Shown piece by piece: positions 46,924-56,151 of a stretch of DNA of 64,000 bases; the first letter of the stretch is position 1; every line of letters begins with the position of its first letter. Both the position numbers and the translations under genes were made by a program. The DNA lies in NCBI GenBank assembly GCA_026936335.1, contig JAPMXV010000005.1:310001-374000 (forward strand). Reading direction: 5' to 3'. The DNA comes from Mantamonas sphyraenae STR306. Its lineage: Eukaryota; Protista; CRuMs. The notes below the pieces were generated by a model. That model was not told the DNA's origin. It did not search any database and saw nothing but the letters and a program-made list of their open reading frames with translations.

Positions 46924-49044
46924 ATGGACCCCGTTTCTTCCCGGCGAGATGACCATGGCCATGACCATGACCAAGGAAGCAGCTCGTCTGCGACGAGCGA
47001 GCAGCAGCAGCTGTTGCTAGAGGTGCAGTTGGACCGTGCAACGGAGGAGGAGATGAGGCGTATGTCGTCGCGCGGGTCGCTGGCAGGGGAATCGGTGGTG
47101 AGCGATTTGGACGGGGACAACTGGATGCGGAAACTTGGACGGCGTTGGAAGCTGATTGTCAGGGTGCTGGTGGCTCTGACGGGCGTGACGGTGCTCTCTA
47201 TGAACGGGGTGGAGAGCTGGGGCATGTGGGACCAGACAAACGCGTCGGAGTGGACCATCATCGTGGTTGTGGCGCTGCTTTCGTGGCCGCTGTGGCGTGC
47301 GGTTGTTCTGCGCTTGTTCAGCGTGGCCAAGCGAGGAGTCATCGAGGGAGAGCTAAACCGAGTGGGCTTCTTGTCTCTATACATCGACCAAAAGACGGCG
47401 AATCTGTTGTCAACCATCAGTATCTTTGCCACGTGGGGCCTTTGCTACCGAGGTGCGTATCTTTGGTTCGTGCAGCCGCTGCTAATTGTGGCCGTGACGG
47501 CCCAGGGGTTTTCGTTGTTGATCACCAGCGCGGTGCGACTGTTTGAGGCATCGTTCCAAGTCGAGCAGTTCATGGAATCCATGCAGCAGGCCATGTTTGT
47601 GGAGAACGTGCTTGCGACCATGGTGCGCGGACGCAACGTTGGCAACAGCATGCACGCGACGGCGTCGTTCATCGACATGATGTCGACGCTAAAGACGTAC
47701 AAACTACGTGCCGGCAGCAACGGACTGGACGTGTCGTCGTCGCACGAGGCAAACGAGCTCGGGGCAAAGATTTTCAACCAGCACTGCAGGCGGCGCCACA
47801 ACACACGTCGCATTGCGGGAACCCGGCATGCGGCATCATCGTCGTCCTCAACCCCCGCCAAGAGCAATGCGCCTTCGACTGCGGCGCCAGCTGTCTTGGT
47901 GGAGGCTGGAGAGGGAACGCGAGACGGAGGGTCTTCGGATTCACAGTCGCGCGAGTCGGATGAGATGAGACGCACCCTGCCACGGGCTGTGTTTGATCGT
48001 CTGTTTGAAGAGGACGAGGTGAGCGACCCTGTGACAAAGGCAGTGGATGCAGGTCCAGGAGAAGCAGCGAACAACCAAGCGGTGACCTCGGTGGCGGATC
48101 GAGCGTTTGCGCTGTTTGACCTGCACAAGGACGGCGTGGTGACAAAGCAGGTGTGTTGTGACGCAGTAGTGGCCATGTACCGGCAGCGGCGCAACCTGGC
48201 GTTGACGCTTGCGAATCACGACGGCATCTTTCTTGGGCTGGAGCGTGTGCTGCACGGGTTCTCGTTGCTGCCCATGGTGTTTATTAGCGCGCTTGTGTTT
48301 GGACAGGACGCGACGGCGACTACGGTGGCATTTTCGTCTCTCCTGCTCAGTGGCACGTTTGTGTTTGGCAACATGTTGAGCACGCTGTTTGAGGACCTGG
48401 TGTTCATCCTGCTGACGCGTCCGTTTGTGGTGGGCGACCGTGTGCACCTGGAGCTGCTGCCACACGCGATTGTGCACCGTATCTCACTGCAGACGACGGA
48501 GCTGCGAGCATGGGATGGGCGGCAGTTGCGGTTCACAAACCGCGCCCTTCGCAATATGATGCTTGTGAACGGAAACGACGGAGGCAAGATTGTATTTTTG
48601 ACCACAATGCAGGTGGCGGCACAGACGACGTCGATGCAGTTCCACCAGATCGAACCGCGGCTGCAGGAATGGACCAACGCAAACCCGAGGGATTTCGAGC
48701 CAGGAACACGAGCCAAGGTAGTGATCTCACTGATGTCAGGCACACGGGCAGAAATCTTGGTTATTGTGACGGGCACAATGACGTGGCAGGAACCAGGGCG
48801 ACGTAGCGACATTCAGACGCGTGTGCAGCTGAAGCTCCTGCAGATCTTCCGCGACCTGGGTATCCGGCTGTGGACGGAACAGCGTGTGGTGGCAATGTCA
48901 GAGGGGCCAGAAAGGCCCCAGGTGATAGGTCGCATCCAGTTTGACGCAGTGCAAGAGGCGCAGCACAGTGTGTCGCAGGACGGGCGTGTGGTTACGTTGG
49001 GAGCTGCACACGAGAGTTTGATTGCATGGGAACCGGTAATGTAG
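46924..49044 (+). CDS. MscS-like mechanosensitive channel with EF-hand-like motif
   Basis: AFALFDLHKDGVVT; FVFGNMLSTLFEDLVFILLTRPFVVGDRV; ISLQTT..N..L. The start may instead be 46897. Confidence 0.88.
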   Translation: MDPVSSRRDDHGHDHDQGSSSSATSEQQQLLLEVQLDRATEEEMRRMSSRGSLAGESVVSDLDGDNWMRKLGRRWKLIVRVLVALTGVTVLSMNGVESWGMWDQTNASEWTIIVVVALLSWPLWRAVVLRLFSVAKRGVIEGELNRVGFLSLYIDQKTANLLSTISIFATWGLCYRGAYLWFVQPLLIVAVTAQGFSLLITSAVRLFEASFQVEQFMESMQQAMFVENVLATMVRGRNVGNSMHATASFIDMMSTLKTYKLRAGSNGLDVSSSHEANELGAKIFNQHCRRRHNTRRIAGTRHAASSSSSTPAKSNAPSTAAPAVLVEAGEGTRDGGSSDSQSRESDEMRRTLPRAVFDRLFEEDEVSDPVTKAVDAGPGEAANNQAVTSVADRAFALFDLHKDGVVTKQVCCDAVVAMYRQRRNLALTLANHDGIFLGLERVLHGFSLLPMVFISALVFGQDATATTVAFSSLLLSGTFVFGNMLSTLFEDLVFILLTRPFVVGDRVHLELLPHAIVHRISLQTTELRAWDGRQLRFTNRALRNMMLVNGNDGGKIVFLTTMQVAAQTTSMQFHQIEPRLQEWTNANPRDFEPGTRAKVVISLMSGTRAEILVIVTGTMTWQEPGRRSDIQTRVQLKLLQIFRDLGIRLWTEQRVVAMSEGPERPQVIGRIQFDAVQEAQHSVSQDGRVVTLGAAHESLIAWEPVM

Positions 49045-49056
49045 CTTCGTTTGTGG

Positions 49057-50452
49057 TCACTCTTCCCAGAAAAAGGTGTGCACGGTGCGTTCTGTGTACG
49101 GAGTGCCGGGAGACAGGATGATGGAGGGGAACGATGGCACGTTGACGGCGTTGATGTAGGACTGGCACTCGAGGCACATGCCCGACAGAGGGCCGTAGAC
49201 GGCGCCCTGGGCACCGTTGGTTTCCTTGAGCATGCCGGCTGTGTAGAGGTGGACAGTAGGATGGGTGGTAAGGACATCCATGCGGCGCATGGTGATAGGA
49301 TCGCGCACGGAGGCGGCAAAGACGAGCTCCTTGTCCGCAGCATCATCCTGTTGCTCCTCCGAGGCGAGGGCATCCTGGATGGACTTGGAGTGGTCGAGGC
49401 CGACAGAGGCAAGGAGGTCTTGCATGGCCTTGGAGGTGGGTTTGCGTGCAGTCTGTGTTTGAGTTTGGCGCTCGAGCACATAGGAGGAGTCGAACCCTGT
49501 AGGGTGGGCGTCCAGGTGGTAGCCAATTTCGGTGATGGTGTGAAAATCGTAGGCGCTTTTGTGTACAGGGACAAGCTCGCCCGTGGGCAGCAGGGAATCG
49601 TCGAGCTCGAGGCGCTCGGCACTGTTGATGTACAGTTGGTGCCTGTCGACGGTGGCGGACGAAGCAGCTCCGTTGAGGTTCCAATAAGCGTGCTGGTGGG
49701 TGGTGGATGAGCAAAGGAATGAAGACAAGGGTCAGCAGGGTCAGCCGGTGTCAGGAAGGCGGGTGGGGTGGAACACATACGTTTGTAAGGCTGACGGGAG
49801 TGTTGCCGTCGCTGGTTGCGGTAAACTCGATGGTGAGGTCGCTGTGTGTGGTGAGCGTGTAGCGCACCTGGGTTTCCAACGTGGCTGGAAAGCCCTCCTC
49901 ACCGTCTGGGCTTGTGTAGGTAAATGTGATGGAGGCCGAGTCTGCAGCGTCGCTCGAATCGTCGATGACACCCGTCCATACTTTGTCGTTGAAGCCACTG
50001 GTGCCTCCGTGAAGGGTGTGCTCACCGTTGTTTGCGTTGAGGGAATAGGTAGTTCCGTCGAGGTCAAAGGAAGCGCCGGAAATGCGGGAGGCGACACGGC
50101 CAACAGTGGCGCCAAAGTAGGCGTTGTGGGCCTGAAACTCCTCAAGAGTGTCAAAAGAAAGAATGACGTTGTAGAGAGGACCCTCGCAGACGAGCTCGCC
50201 GTTCTGGTTGAGATATGGGACGCAGACGGCGGAAAGGGCGGCACCGTATTCGATGACGCTGACGGTGAGACCGAGGCTGGTGGACAGAGTGAACTCTTTG
50301 ACCTCACGCCCGTCATGCATGGTGCCAAAGGTACGTGAGGAGACGGAGACAGAGGCAGAGGTGGAGGAGGAACCGGAGGAGGTTGATTCCTGCGGGTGGG
50401 CAGCCTTGCTCTTGGCCACAGCCAGTTTGAGGGCTTCCAATTGGTTGGACAT
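49057..50452 (-). CDS. GALM: Aldose 1-epimerase (galactose mutarotase)
   Basis: YFGATVGRVASRI, LHGG, SPDGEEGFP, SLTN|HAYWNL, CLECQ; intron 49780-49693. Confidence 0.95.
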
Positions 50453-50549
50453 GCTGGAGTTGTTTTGGATGGGTTGGTTGGCGGGACGAGGGGAGGAGGA
50501 TGAGGGATTTGTTGATGGCGCGCAGGCGGAAGCAACCTCGAGAGGCAAC

Positions 50550-52709
50550 ATGAGCGCAGGCGCAAAGACGAGCCATGGTCGTCGGTCGCGCCAGGAAGCG
50601 TTCCATGATCAGCAAGATGAGGAGAATGGGGTGGAGGAGACACGAGAGAACCGACGCAGAGCTGTGCGACGTACAGGCAGACGTGACGGAAGCAAACGCA
50701 CACAGACTCCGGCAGAGAGGCATGAGGCGCGACAGAGTCTGATGTACGCAGGATCATCGTCGTCAGAGAGGGCTGCACGTGGTGACGAGGAAGAGGATAC
50801 ATGGGACGGAAGTGGGATGGACGCAGCATCAGCATCGTCGTCGTCGTCGTCGTCGTCGTCATCGTCGTCGTCGGCAGCTGCAGGTGGAGCGACGGGCACA
50901 GCGGGCAAGGAGACGCGGCGAGTGCGGTTTTCAACACCGTCTGCGTCGTCTCGATCGATCACATTCGGGAAGCGTCATCTGTTCCGGAATCGGGCGAGCC
51001 GGGAGGCCGGAGAGAGCAGGGACAGCAAACGGAAGATGGATGTGGTGAGGCGCATGGAGAACGAGGCACTGGAGGAGGCAGGGGAGGTGGCACGAGAGGA
51101 GGACGAGGACGAGGACGAGGAAGAGGAAGAGGCGTTGTTGCTGCTGGAGGCCGGAGAGGACAACGAGTCGGAGGGAGGGCGGTACAACCACTTTGGGGAC
51201 CGTATGGCGCGACTGGGCCAGCGTCGCAAGAGAGTGCGGCTAAACACGCCGAGGAGTTTGGATGGGGCGCTGGAGAACACGTCGTCTGCGTCGTCTGCGT
51301 CGTCGACGGAATCGGACTCGGACTCTGCGCCCACGGCGGCCGGGAGACAGAAGAGGAGGCTGCATTCGCTGGAGGAGGACATGGAGCTGAACTTGAACTT
51401 GGAAGAGGATGAAGAACGGCAGGACAGGAAGCGGAGGCGAGGCGTGAATGTGGTGGTACAGGGACTGTCGAAAATCTCGCTGAATGGCTCGAGCAGCTCG
51501 AGCAGCAGTGGCGAGGGCGTGAGTGCGTCGCCGGTGTCGCACAAGGGGGTGCAAACAGATGTGTTGAAGTGGAACAACCAGTATGCAGAGATTGACGAAG
51601 AGCTGCTGCTGGAGGAGAGCAAACGGGGCGAGTTTGGGCGCAGCCAGCGAGCAATCCAGCACATGGACGATGTGGAGCGGAACGACTACATGCTGTGGGC
51701 GGCAGCTCGTCTGGAGGTGTTGAACAACACGGAACGGTCGATGGCCCAGCGTCAGAAGCAGATCACCGAGGAAAAGGCGGTGCTGAGCAAGATCCTACAG
51801 AAGCTCACCGCGCGAGCGAGTCTGTATCGTCGGGCCATCGATCTGAGCAACCTGTACGGGTTGACAAGCGAGTATCGGTTGCTGTTGTGGCTGATGCCGA
51901 GTGATGCGCGTGGCCAACTGCTTGCAGATCTGCAACAGGTGGGTGAACAGGGCGCCGATGTGCTTCTGCTTCACTTTTCGATGGTACGCACACTGATTGA
52001 CGACGCATTCTTGGAGGGGATGGAGGCGACCGTGCGTGGATACTACCACGAGTGGATGGAGCTGGACGAGTGGGATGACGAGGGATCGGAGGCGTGCAGC
52101 ACGTTGTTGGAGATTGACCGGCTGCTGACGGTTGACTGTGGGTGCTCGAGGGCGGGCGGGCGGTGTACGTGCTTTGACGGCGTGACGGCGGAAGACATTG
52201 CTCAGTGGCAGGTGCTGCTGAATCTTTTTGAGCTGGAGAGCGGGAAATATTCTGAGTTGATTATTGGGTCGGGGGCACAGGAGATGCAGGATATGCTAGA
52301 CTCGTTCCGGGAGGTGCCGTCGAGCCACGGGCCGACGCTGGATGCGTTTGGGGCAGTGTCGATCACAGACGTGGTGGGGCGTGCGCAGCGGCTGCAACAT
52401 CTGCACCGACGCTTCAACTCGCTGCTTCCGTCGCAGCACATGTGGGACTGGGAGATCAAGCGACAGATTGTAGAGAGCATGGAGCGAGTGCTGGTGGCTG
52501 TGCAGATCCGCAGACTGTACAGCGGCGCGGATGTGCAGGCATTCCTCGCGCGGCACGGGCTGTTCGACAGCCACGGAAGCGGCGGGGCGGAAGAGGAAGA
52601 AACCGAGGTGAGGAGGGTGCCAGCCAAAAGCAAGGTGAGAGACGACGAGATGGTCAAGTCGACGCTCAAGTTGTTGACGATCCGGTTGTGGCGAAGCCAG
52701 CGAGGGTGA
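50550..52709 (+). CDS. Hypothetical protein (disordered acidic/basic N-half, helical C-half)
   Basis: Long uninterrupted ORF; NLS-like RRKRVR and RKRRR; no family recognised. Confidence 0.65.
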   Translation: MSAGAKTSHGRRSRQEAFHDQQDEENGVEETRENRRRAVRRTGRRDGSKRTQTPAERHEARQSLMYAGSSSSERAARGDEEEDTWDGSGMDAASASSSSSSSSSSSSSAAAGGATGTAGKETRRVRFSTPSASSRSITFGKRHLFRNRASREAGESRDSKRKMDVVRRMENEALEEAGEVAREEDEDEDEEEEEALLLLEAGEDNESEGGRYNHFGDRMARLGQRRKRVRLNTPRSLDGALENTSSASSASSTESDSDSAPTAAGRQKRRLHSLEEDMELNLNLEEDEERQDRKRRRGVNVVVQGLSKISLNGSSSSSSSGEGVSASPVSHKGVQTDVLKWNNQYAEIDEELLLEESKRGEFGRSQRAIQHMDDVERNDYMLWAAARLEVLNNTERSMAQRQKQITEEKAVLSKILQKLTARASLYRRAIDLSNLYGLTSEYRLLLWLMPSDARGQLLADLQQVGEQGADVLLLHFSMVRTLIDDAFLEGMEATVRGYYHEWMELDEWDDEGSEACSTLLEIDRLLTVDCGCSRAGGRCTCFDGVTAEDIAQWQVLLNLFELESGKYSELIIGSGAQEMQDMLDSFREVPSSHGPTLDAFGAVSITDVVGRAQRLQHLHRRFNSLLPSQHMWDWEIKRQIVESMERVLVAVQIRRLYSGADVQAFLARHGLFDSHGSGGAEEEETEVRRVPAKSKVRDDEMVKSTLKLLTIRLWRSQRG

Positions 52710-52773
52710 CGGGGTGGCGGCGGAGGGGAAGACGCGGGGAGGGAGAGGGCGCCCGGAAATCAACCAGATCTGG

Positions 52774-53199
52774 TCAAAGGCCGTCCTCTTCGTCCATCAG
52801 GTCTTGTTCGGTCTTGCGCACGAGGGCGAGTTGGAAACGCAGTTGGGACTCTTCGTACTGTGGGATGGGGCGGAGCAGAGAGAGGTGTGTGAGAGGGAGG
52901 GCGGGTGGCGGGGAAAACGTCGGGTGCGCATTGGCCCGCACCACGAATGGCAGGAAACTGACCAGGAGTTCGTTAATCTTGTCCTGGAGGAGATCACGCA
53001 TTTGCTCCAAGGTCTGTTGCTCGACCTGCATCTTTTGCAGGACGTACTGGGGTGGCAGGGCGGTTGCGTCGCGGACGTCGGCGAGGGTGTTTTCCTCCTG
53101 GAGCTGGGCCTGAATGGTGGCGTTTGCGGCCTTGACGAGCTGCGTAGTGCTTTCGTCGATGTGGACCGAGGCGATCGAGGGCTTGTTTCGTCGGCTCAT
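52774..53199 (-). CDS. Small coiled-coil protein, SNAPC5 (SNAP19)-like
   Basis: Spliced (intron 52962-52858) LQKMQVEQQTLEQMRDLLQDKINELL|YEESQL resembles the SNAPC5 N-terminus as I recall it (LQELRKEEETLLRLKAALHDQLNRLKVEELAL). Confidence 0.55.
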   Translation of the reverse strand: MSRRNKPSIASVHIDESTTQLVKAANATIQAQLQEENTLADVRDATALPPQYVLQKMQVEQQTLEQMRDLLQDKINELLVSFLPFVVRANAHPTFSPPPALPLTHLSLLRPIPQYEESQLRFQLALVRKTEQDLMDEEDGL

Positions 53200-53257
53200 G
53201 GGTGCGTGATGGGTCGGGGGGCGCAAGCCGCGCCAAGTGCGTTCCGTGTTGGTGCAG

Positions 53258-54496
53258 ATGAACCGGGATGTGACACATCACAGGAAGGACCTGCTGTTGA
53301 AAGCAATGAGGCAGAACGACGTGGAGGAAGCACGCAAAGTGCTGCAAGGGTCGATTGAGCTGCAGGAGGCCTTCTACGCGCAGTACGCAAGGCAGAAAGA
53401 GGTGCGAGTGCTGACAGAGGCACTGCTGGAGACCGAGAATCTGTGGAGATTGAGGGTTTTGGAGCTGGATAACTGTGCAATGGACGACGAGCAAGCAAAG
53501 CAGTTGGCAACTGCAATTGCGTGCACGTTGCGTCTGGCGTCTCTGCAGGTGCGCAAGTGTCCACTGGGAGACGCAGGTGTCAAGTGGATCTCTGAAGGGG
53601 TGTTTTCGTGTCAGAGAATCGTATGCTTGGTGCTAGAGGACGTGTCGATGACTGAGGCGGGAGCAGTGGAGCTGGTGCGATTGCTTCGCTTCAACGAGTC
53701 GCTTCAGCTGCTGAGCCTGGAGCACAACGACCTTTCGGGTGTACAGCTTGGCAAAGAGATTGCAACGTTGCTGCGCAAACATCCGGGGCTGGCATTGCTC
53801 TCGCTTCGCATGTGCAACTTGCGGCCGATTCAGGTGGAGCACATCGCTGGCAGCCTGGCCAAGAACAGCACATTGCAGCAGCTGATCCTTCAGCAGGAAA
53901 GCAAACGTTATATCAACATGCCAAGAGATGTGCTAAAGACAAACACGACGATGTTCTCATTTGGCGGGTCCATGCACACAAACGGACAAAAGCAGCTGGC
54001 AGAGAACAAGGAGGCATGTCTTGGGCTGTTGGAGGCGGTGCGTAAGGGCGACTGTGAAAGCGTGCACGACGACTATCTGATGAACGGTGTCTGCGTGGAC
54101 ACGTTGGCTGGCATGGAGGCGACTCCGTTGATGATTGCCATCGCAAACGAGGATGTTGCGATGTGCAAGTTGCTTCAAGAGTGGCATGCGAGACCAAGTA
54201 TGATGATTTGTGGCAAAACGGCATGCAGCATGCTGGTGGAGCGAGGATGGAGCAAGAGATGGCACTTTCTGTGGGCTGAGGAGTTGGACCAGGCGCTGAA
54301 GATGCTCCTGCTGATGAACGGGGAAGAACGCGACGTGATGTTCGAGTCGGGAGGGATGGAATCGTATGAGGCGACTGCAGACTGGTGGACATTGCCGGAT
54401 GAAGTGGTGGCGCGCATCCAGAGGCACTTGATCGGGTGGACGGCAGAGCTGGGCACGTGGCGCGCAAGGGGACACCGCTCACCGCTTGAAGAATGA
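53258..54496 (+). CDS. RI-type LRR + ankyrin + C-terminal F-box-like motif protein, paralogue 1
   Basis: 28-aa LRRs (LQLLSLEHNDL; LGDAGVKWIS), ankyrin TPLMIAI, tail WHFLW..ELD..L.MNGEER.VMFE.GGME.YEA.A.WWTLPDEVVARI. Confidence 0.85.
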   Translation: MNRDVTHHRKDLLLKAMRQNDVEEARKVLQGSIELQEAFYAQYARQKEVRVLTEALLETENLWRLRVLELDNCAMDDEQAKQLATAIACTLRLASLQVRKCPLGDAGVKWISEGVFSCQRIVCLVLEDVSMTEAGAVELVRLLRFNESLQLLSLEHNDLSGVQLGKEIATLLRKHPGLALLSLRMCNLRPIQVEHIAGSLAKNSTLQQLILQQESKRYINMPRDVLKTNTTMFSFGGSMHTNGQKQLAENKEACLGLLEAVRKGDCESVHDDYLMNGVCVDTLAGMEATPLMIAIANEDVAMCKLLQEWHARPSMMICGKTACSMLVERGWSKRWHFLWAEELDQALKMLLLMNGEERDVMFESGGMESYEATADWWTLPDEVVARIQRHLIGWTAELGTWRARGHRSPLEE

Positions 54497-56151
54497 ATTT
54501 CGTGTCGGATGCCAACACGCCACATATGCGTGCAATTGCACGTGCACTGCAGCGGGGCAACATGGAGGAGTGCGCAGAACTGCTTGCCGGTGTCGAACAG
54601 GTGCGGCTCTCTGCGCTCATGCTGAACAGTTTGGGGGTCCAACTGCTGAGTGAACTGCTTCCAGATAGTGTTCATACGGTGTGGATGGACCACACAAACC
54701 TGCAGCCCGATGACGTGGCGGTGCTGGCGGCAGGAGTAGCGCGAGTGCACGTGCACGTGCTCAGAGTCGTCAACAACCGCATCCAAGATCGGGGTGCGCT
54801 GGCATTGGCACTGTGGCTTCGCAAAATGCCATACTTGCGCGAGTTGTCGCTCTCGGGGTGTGGACTGGGCGAGGCAGGGGTGGCCGCGGTTGTGAATTCC
54901 CTGCAAGACGCCAACTCCGTGAAGGTGCTTGATCTAACGAGGAACGCAGTGGAGGAAGAGGGTGCGAAAGCCTTGGCCACGTGGCTGGGTGATGCAGAGT
55001 GTGGGTTGTGCAGGTTGGCGCTGGAAAGTTGCGGATTGCCGCGCGAGGGTGTGAAGGCCTTGGCTGAGGGCTTGGCGCGATGCAAGAGCTTGCAGCATTT
55101 GGATATTTCGGGGAACTTGTTGGGTGAGGTGGGCACGGTTGTGCTGGCAGAAGGACTGGAAGGAAACGCAACCTTGCGTACGCTGAAGGCAAACAAGATC
55201 AGCGCAGGAAACGACGGTGCGGTGGCCCTTGCGGAAATGCTGAGGAGGAACGAAAGCCTCGTCCGTGTGGAACTGCAGAGCAATCGGATGCGCAATGCGG
55301 GGGAGGCGTTCCGGGAAGCGCTTGCAGAAAACGCGACGGTTGCCGAACTTCGTTTGGGACACAACGTGGAAAGCCAGGAGGCGACTCAGGATCTGCTGTA
55401 TGCACTGTGCACGAGCAGGTCGCTGCAAAGCTTGGAGCTGTGGTCGATGCAGCGCTTCGGACGGTTGGAGTTGCAGTCGCTGCGTTTGCCCGCGTCTGTG
55501 CAGCGAGTCCACCTGATGGGTGGCATGGTGGAAGACAAAGAGTTGGAACGGCTTTTGGATGGGAACCGGCGAGTGTGGAGCTGTCCCGGGGTTCCTCGTG
55601 AAAACGTGGACCAAGCCAAGGCACTTCTTGCGGCAGCGACAGTTGGGGACGTGGAGCAGGTGCAGGCGCTTCTTGAGTGGGGCGTGCATGTCGATGCGTG
55701 GCCTGACTTTGAGAACACTCCGCTGATGTGTGCGGTGGAGCAGGGTCACGAAGAGGTTGGGAAGCTGCTGAAGGACTGGGGAGCAAGAGGCGATGTTTTT
55801 CCGTTGGAAAGAATGGTCTGTGCCGAGGACATAGCGCACAGACGTGCTTGGTCGCAGGTGTGGCATTGGCTGTGGGGGGGGAAGCTGGACGAGGCGATGG
55901 AAACGGCGTTGGTGATGAACGGTGAGGAGAGGGAGGTGATGTTTGAGGCGGGCGGGATGGAGGCGTACGAAGCGAGTGCAGAGTGGGTGACACTGCCGGA
56001 TGAGGTGATGGAGAGGGTGGTTGGATGGATGGCGCGCGGGGGGGGCGCAACGAATGAGCACGCGAGGAATCAAGAGCAAGCGGGTGACGGTGTTTGCTGT
56101 GAAGGGCGAGGACACAGAGGATGGGGAACAAGGGACGGCTGTGCAATGTAA
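54493..56151 (+). CDS. RI-type LRR + ankyrin + C-terminal F-box-like motif protein, paralogue 2
   Basis: About 10 RI-like LRRs, ankyrin NTPLMCAVEQGH, same tail (WVTLPDEVMERVVGW). The start may be 54526; the 3' end depends on the G8 run at 56038-56045. Confidence 0.85.
   Translation: MNFVSDANTPHMRAIARALQRGNMEECAELLAGVEQVRLSALMLNSLGVQLLSELLPDSVHTVWMDHTNLQPDDVAVLAAGVARVHVHVLRVVNNRIQDRGALALALWLRKMPYLRELSLSGCGLGEAGVAAVVNSLQDANSVKVLDLTRNAVEEEGAKALATWLGDAECGLCRLALESCGLPREGVKALAEGLARCKSLQHLDISGNLLGEVGTVVLAEGLEGNATLRTLKANKISAGNDGAVALAEMLRRNESLVRVELQSNRMRNAGEAFREALAENATVAELRLGHNVESQEATQDLLYALCTSRSLQSLELWSMQRFGRLELQSLRLPASVQRVHLMGGMVEDKELERLLDGNRRVWSCPGVPRENVDQAKALLAAATVGDVEQVQALLEWGVHVDAWPDFENTPLMCAVEQGHEEVGKLLKDWGARGDVFPLERMVCAEDIAHRRAWSQVWHWLWGGKLDEAMETALVMNGEEREVMFEAGGMEAYEASAEWVTLPDEVMERVVGWMARGGGATNEHARNQEQAGDGVCCEGRGHRGWGTRDGCAM

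Noticed and set aside
13680-50875. (TCG)n, (AGC)n and (GAG)n tracts as regulatory repeats
   Set aside because: They encode poly-Ser/Glu linkers within ORFs; ordinary slippage.
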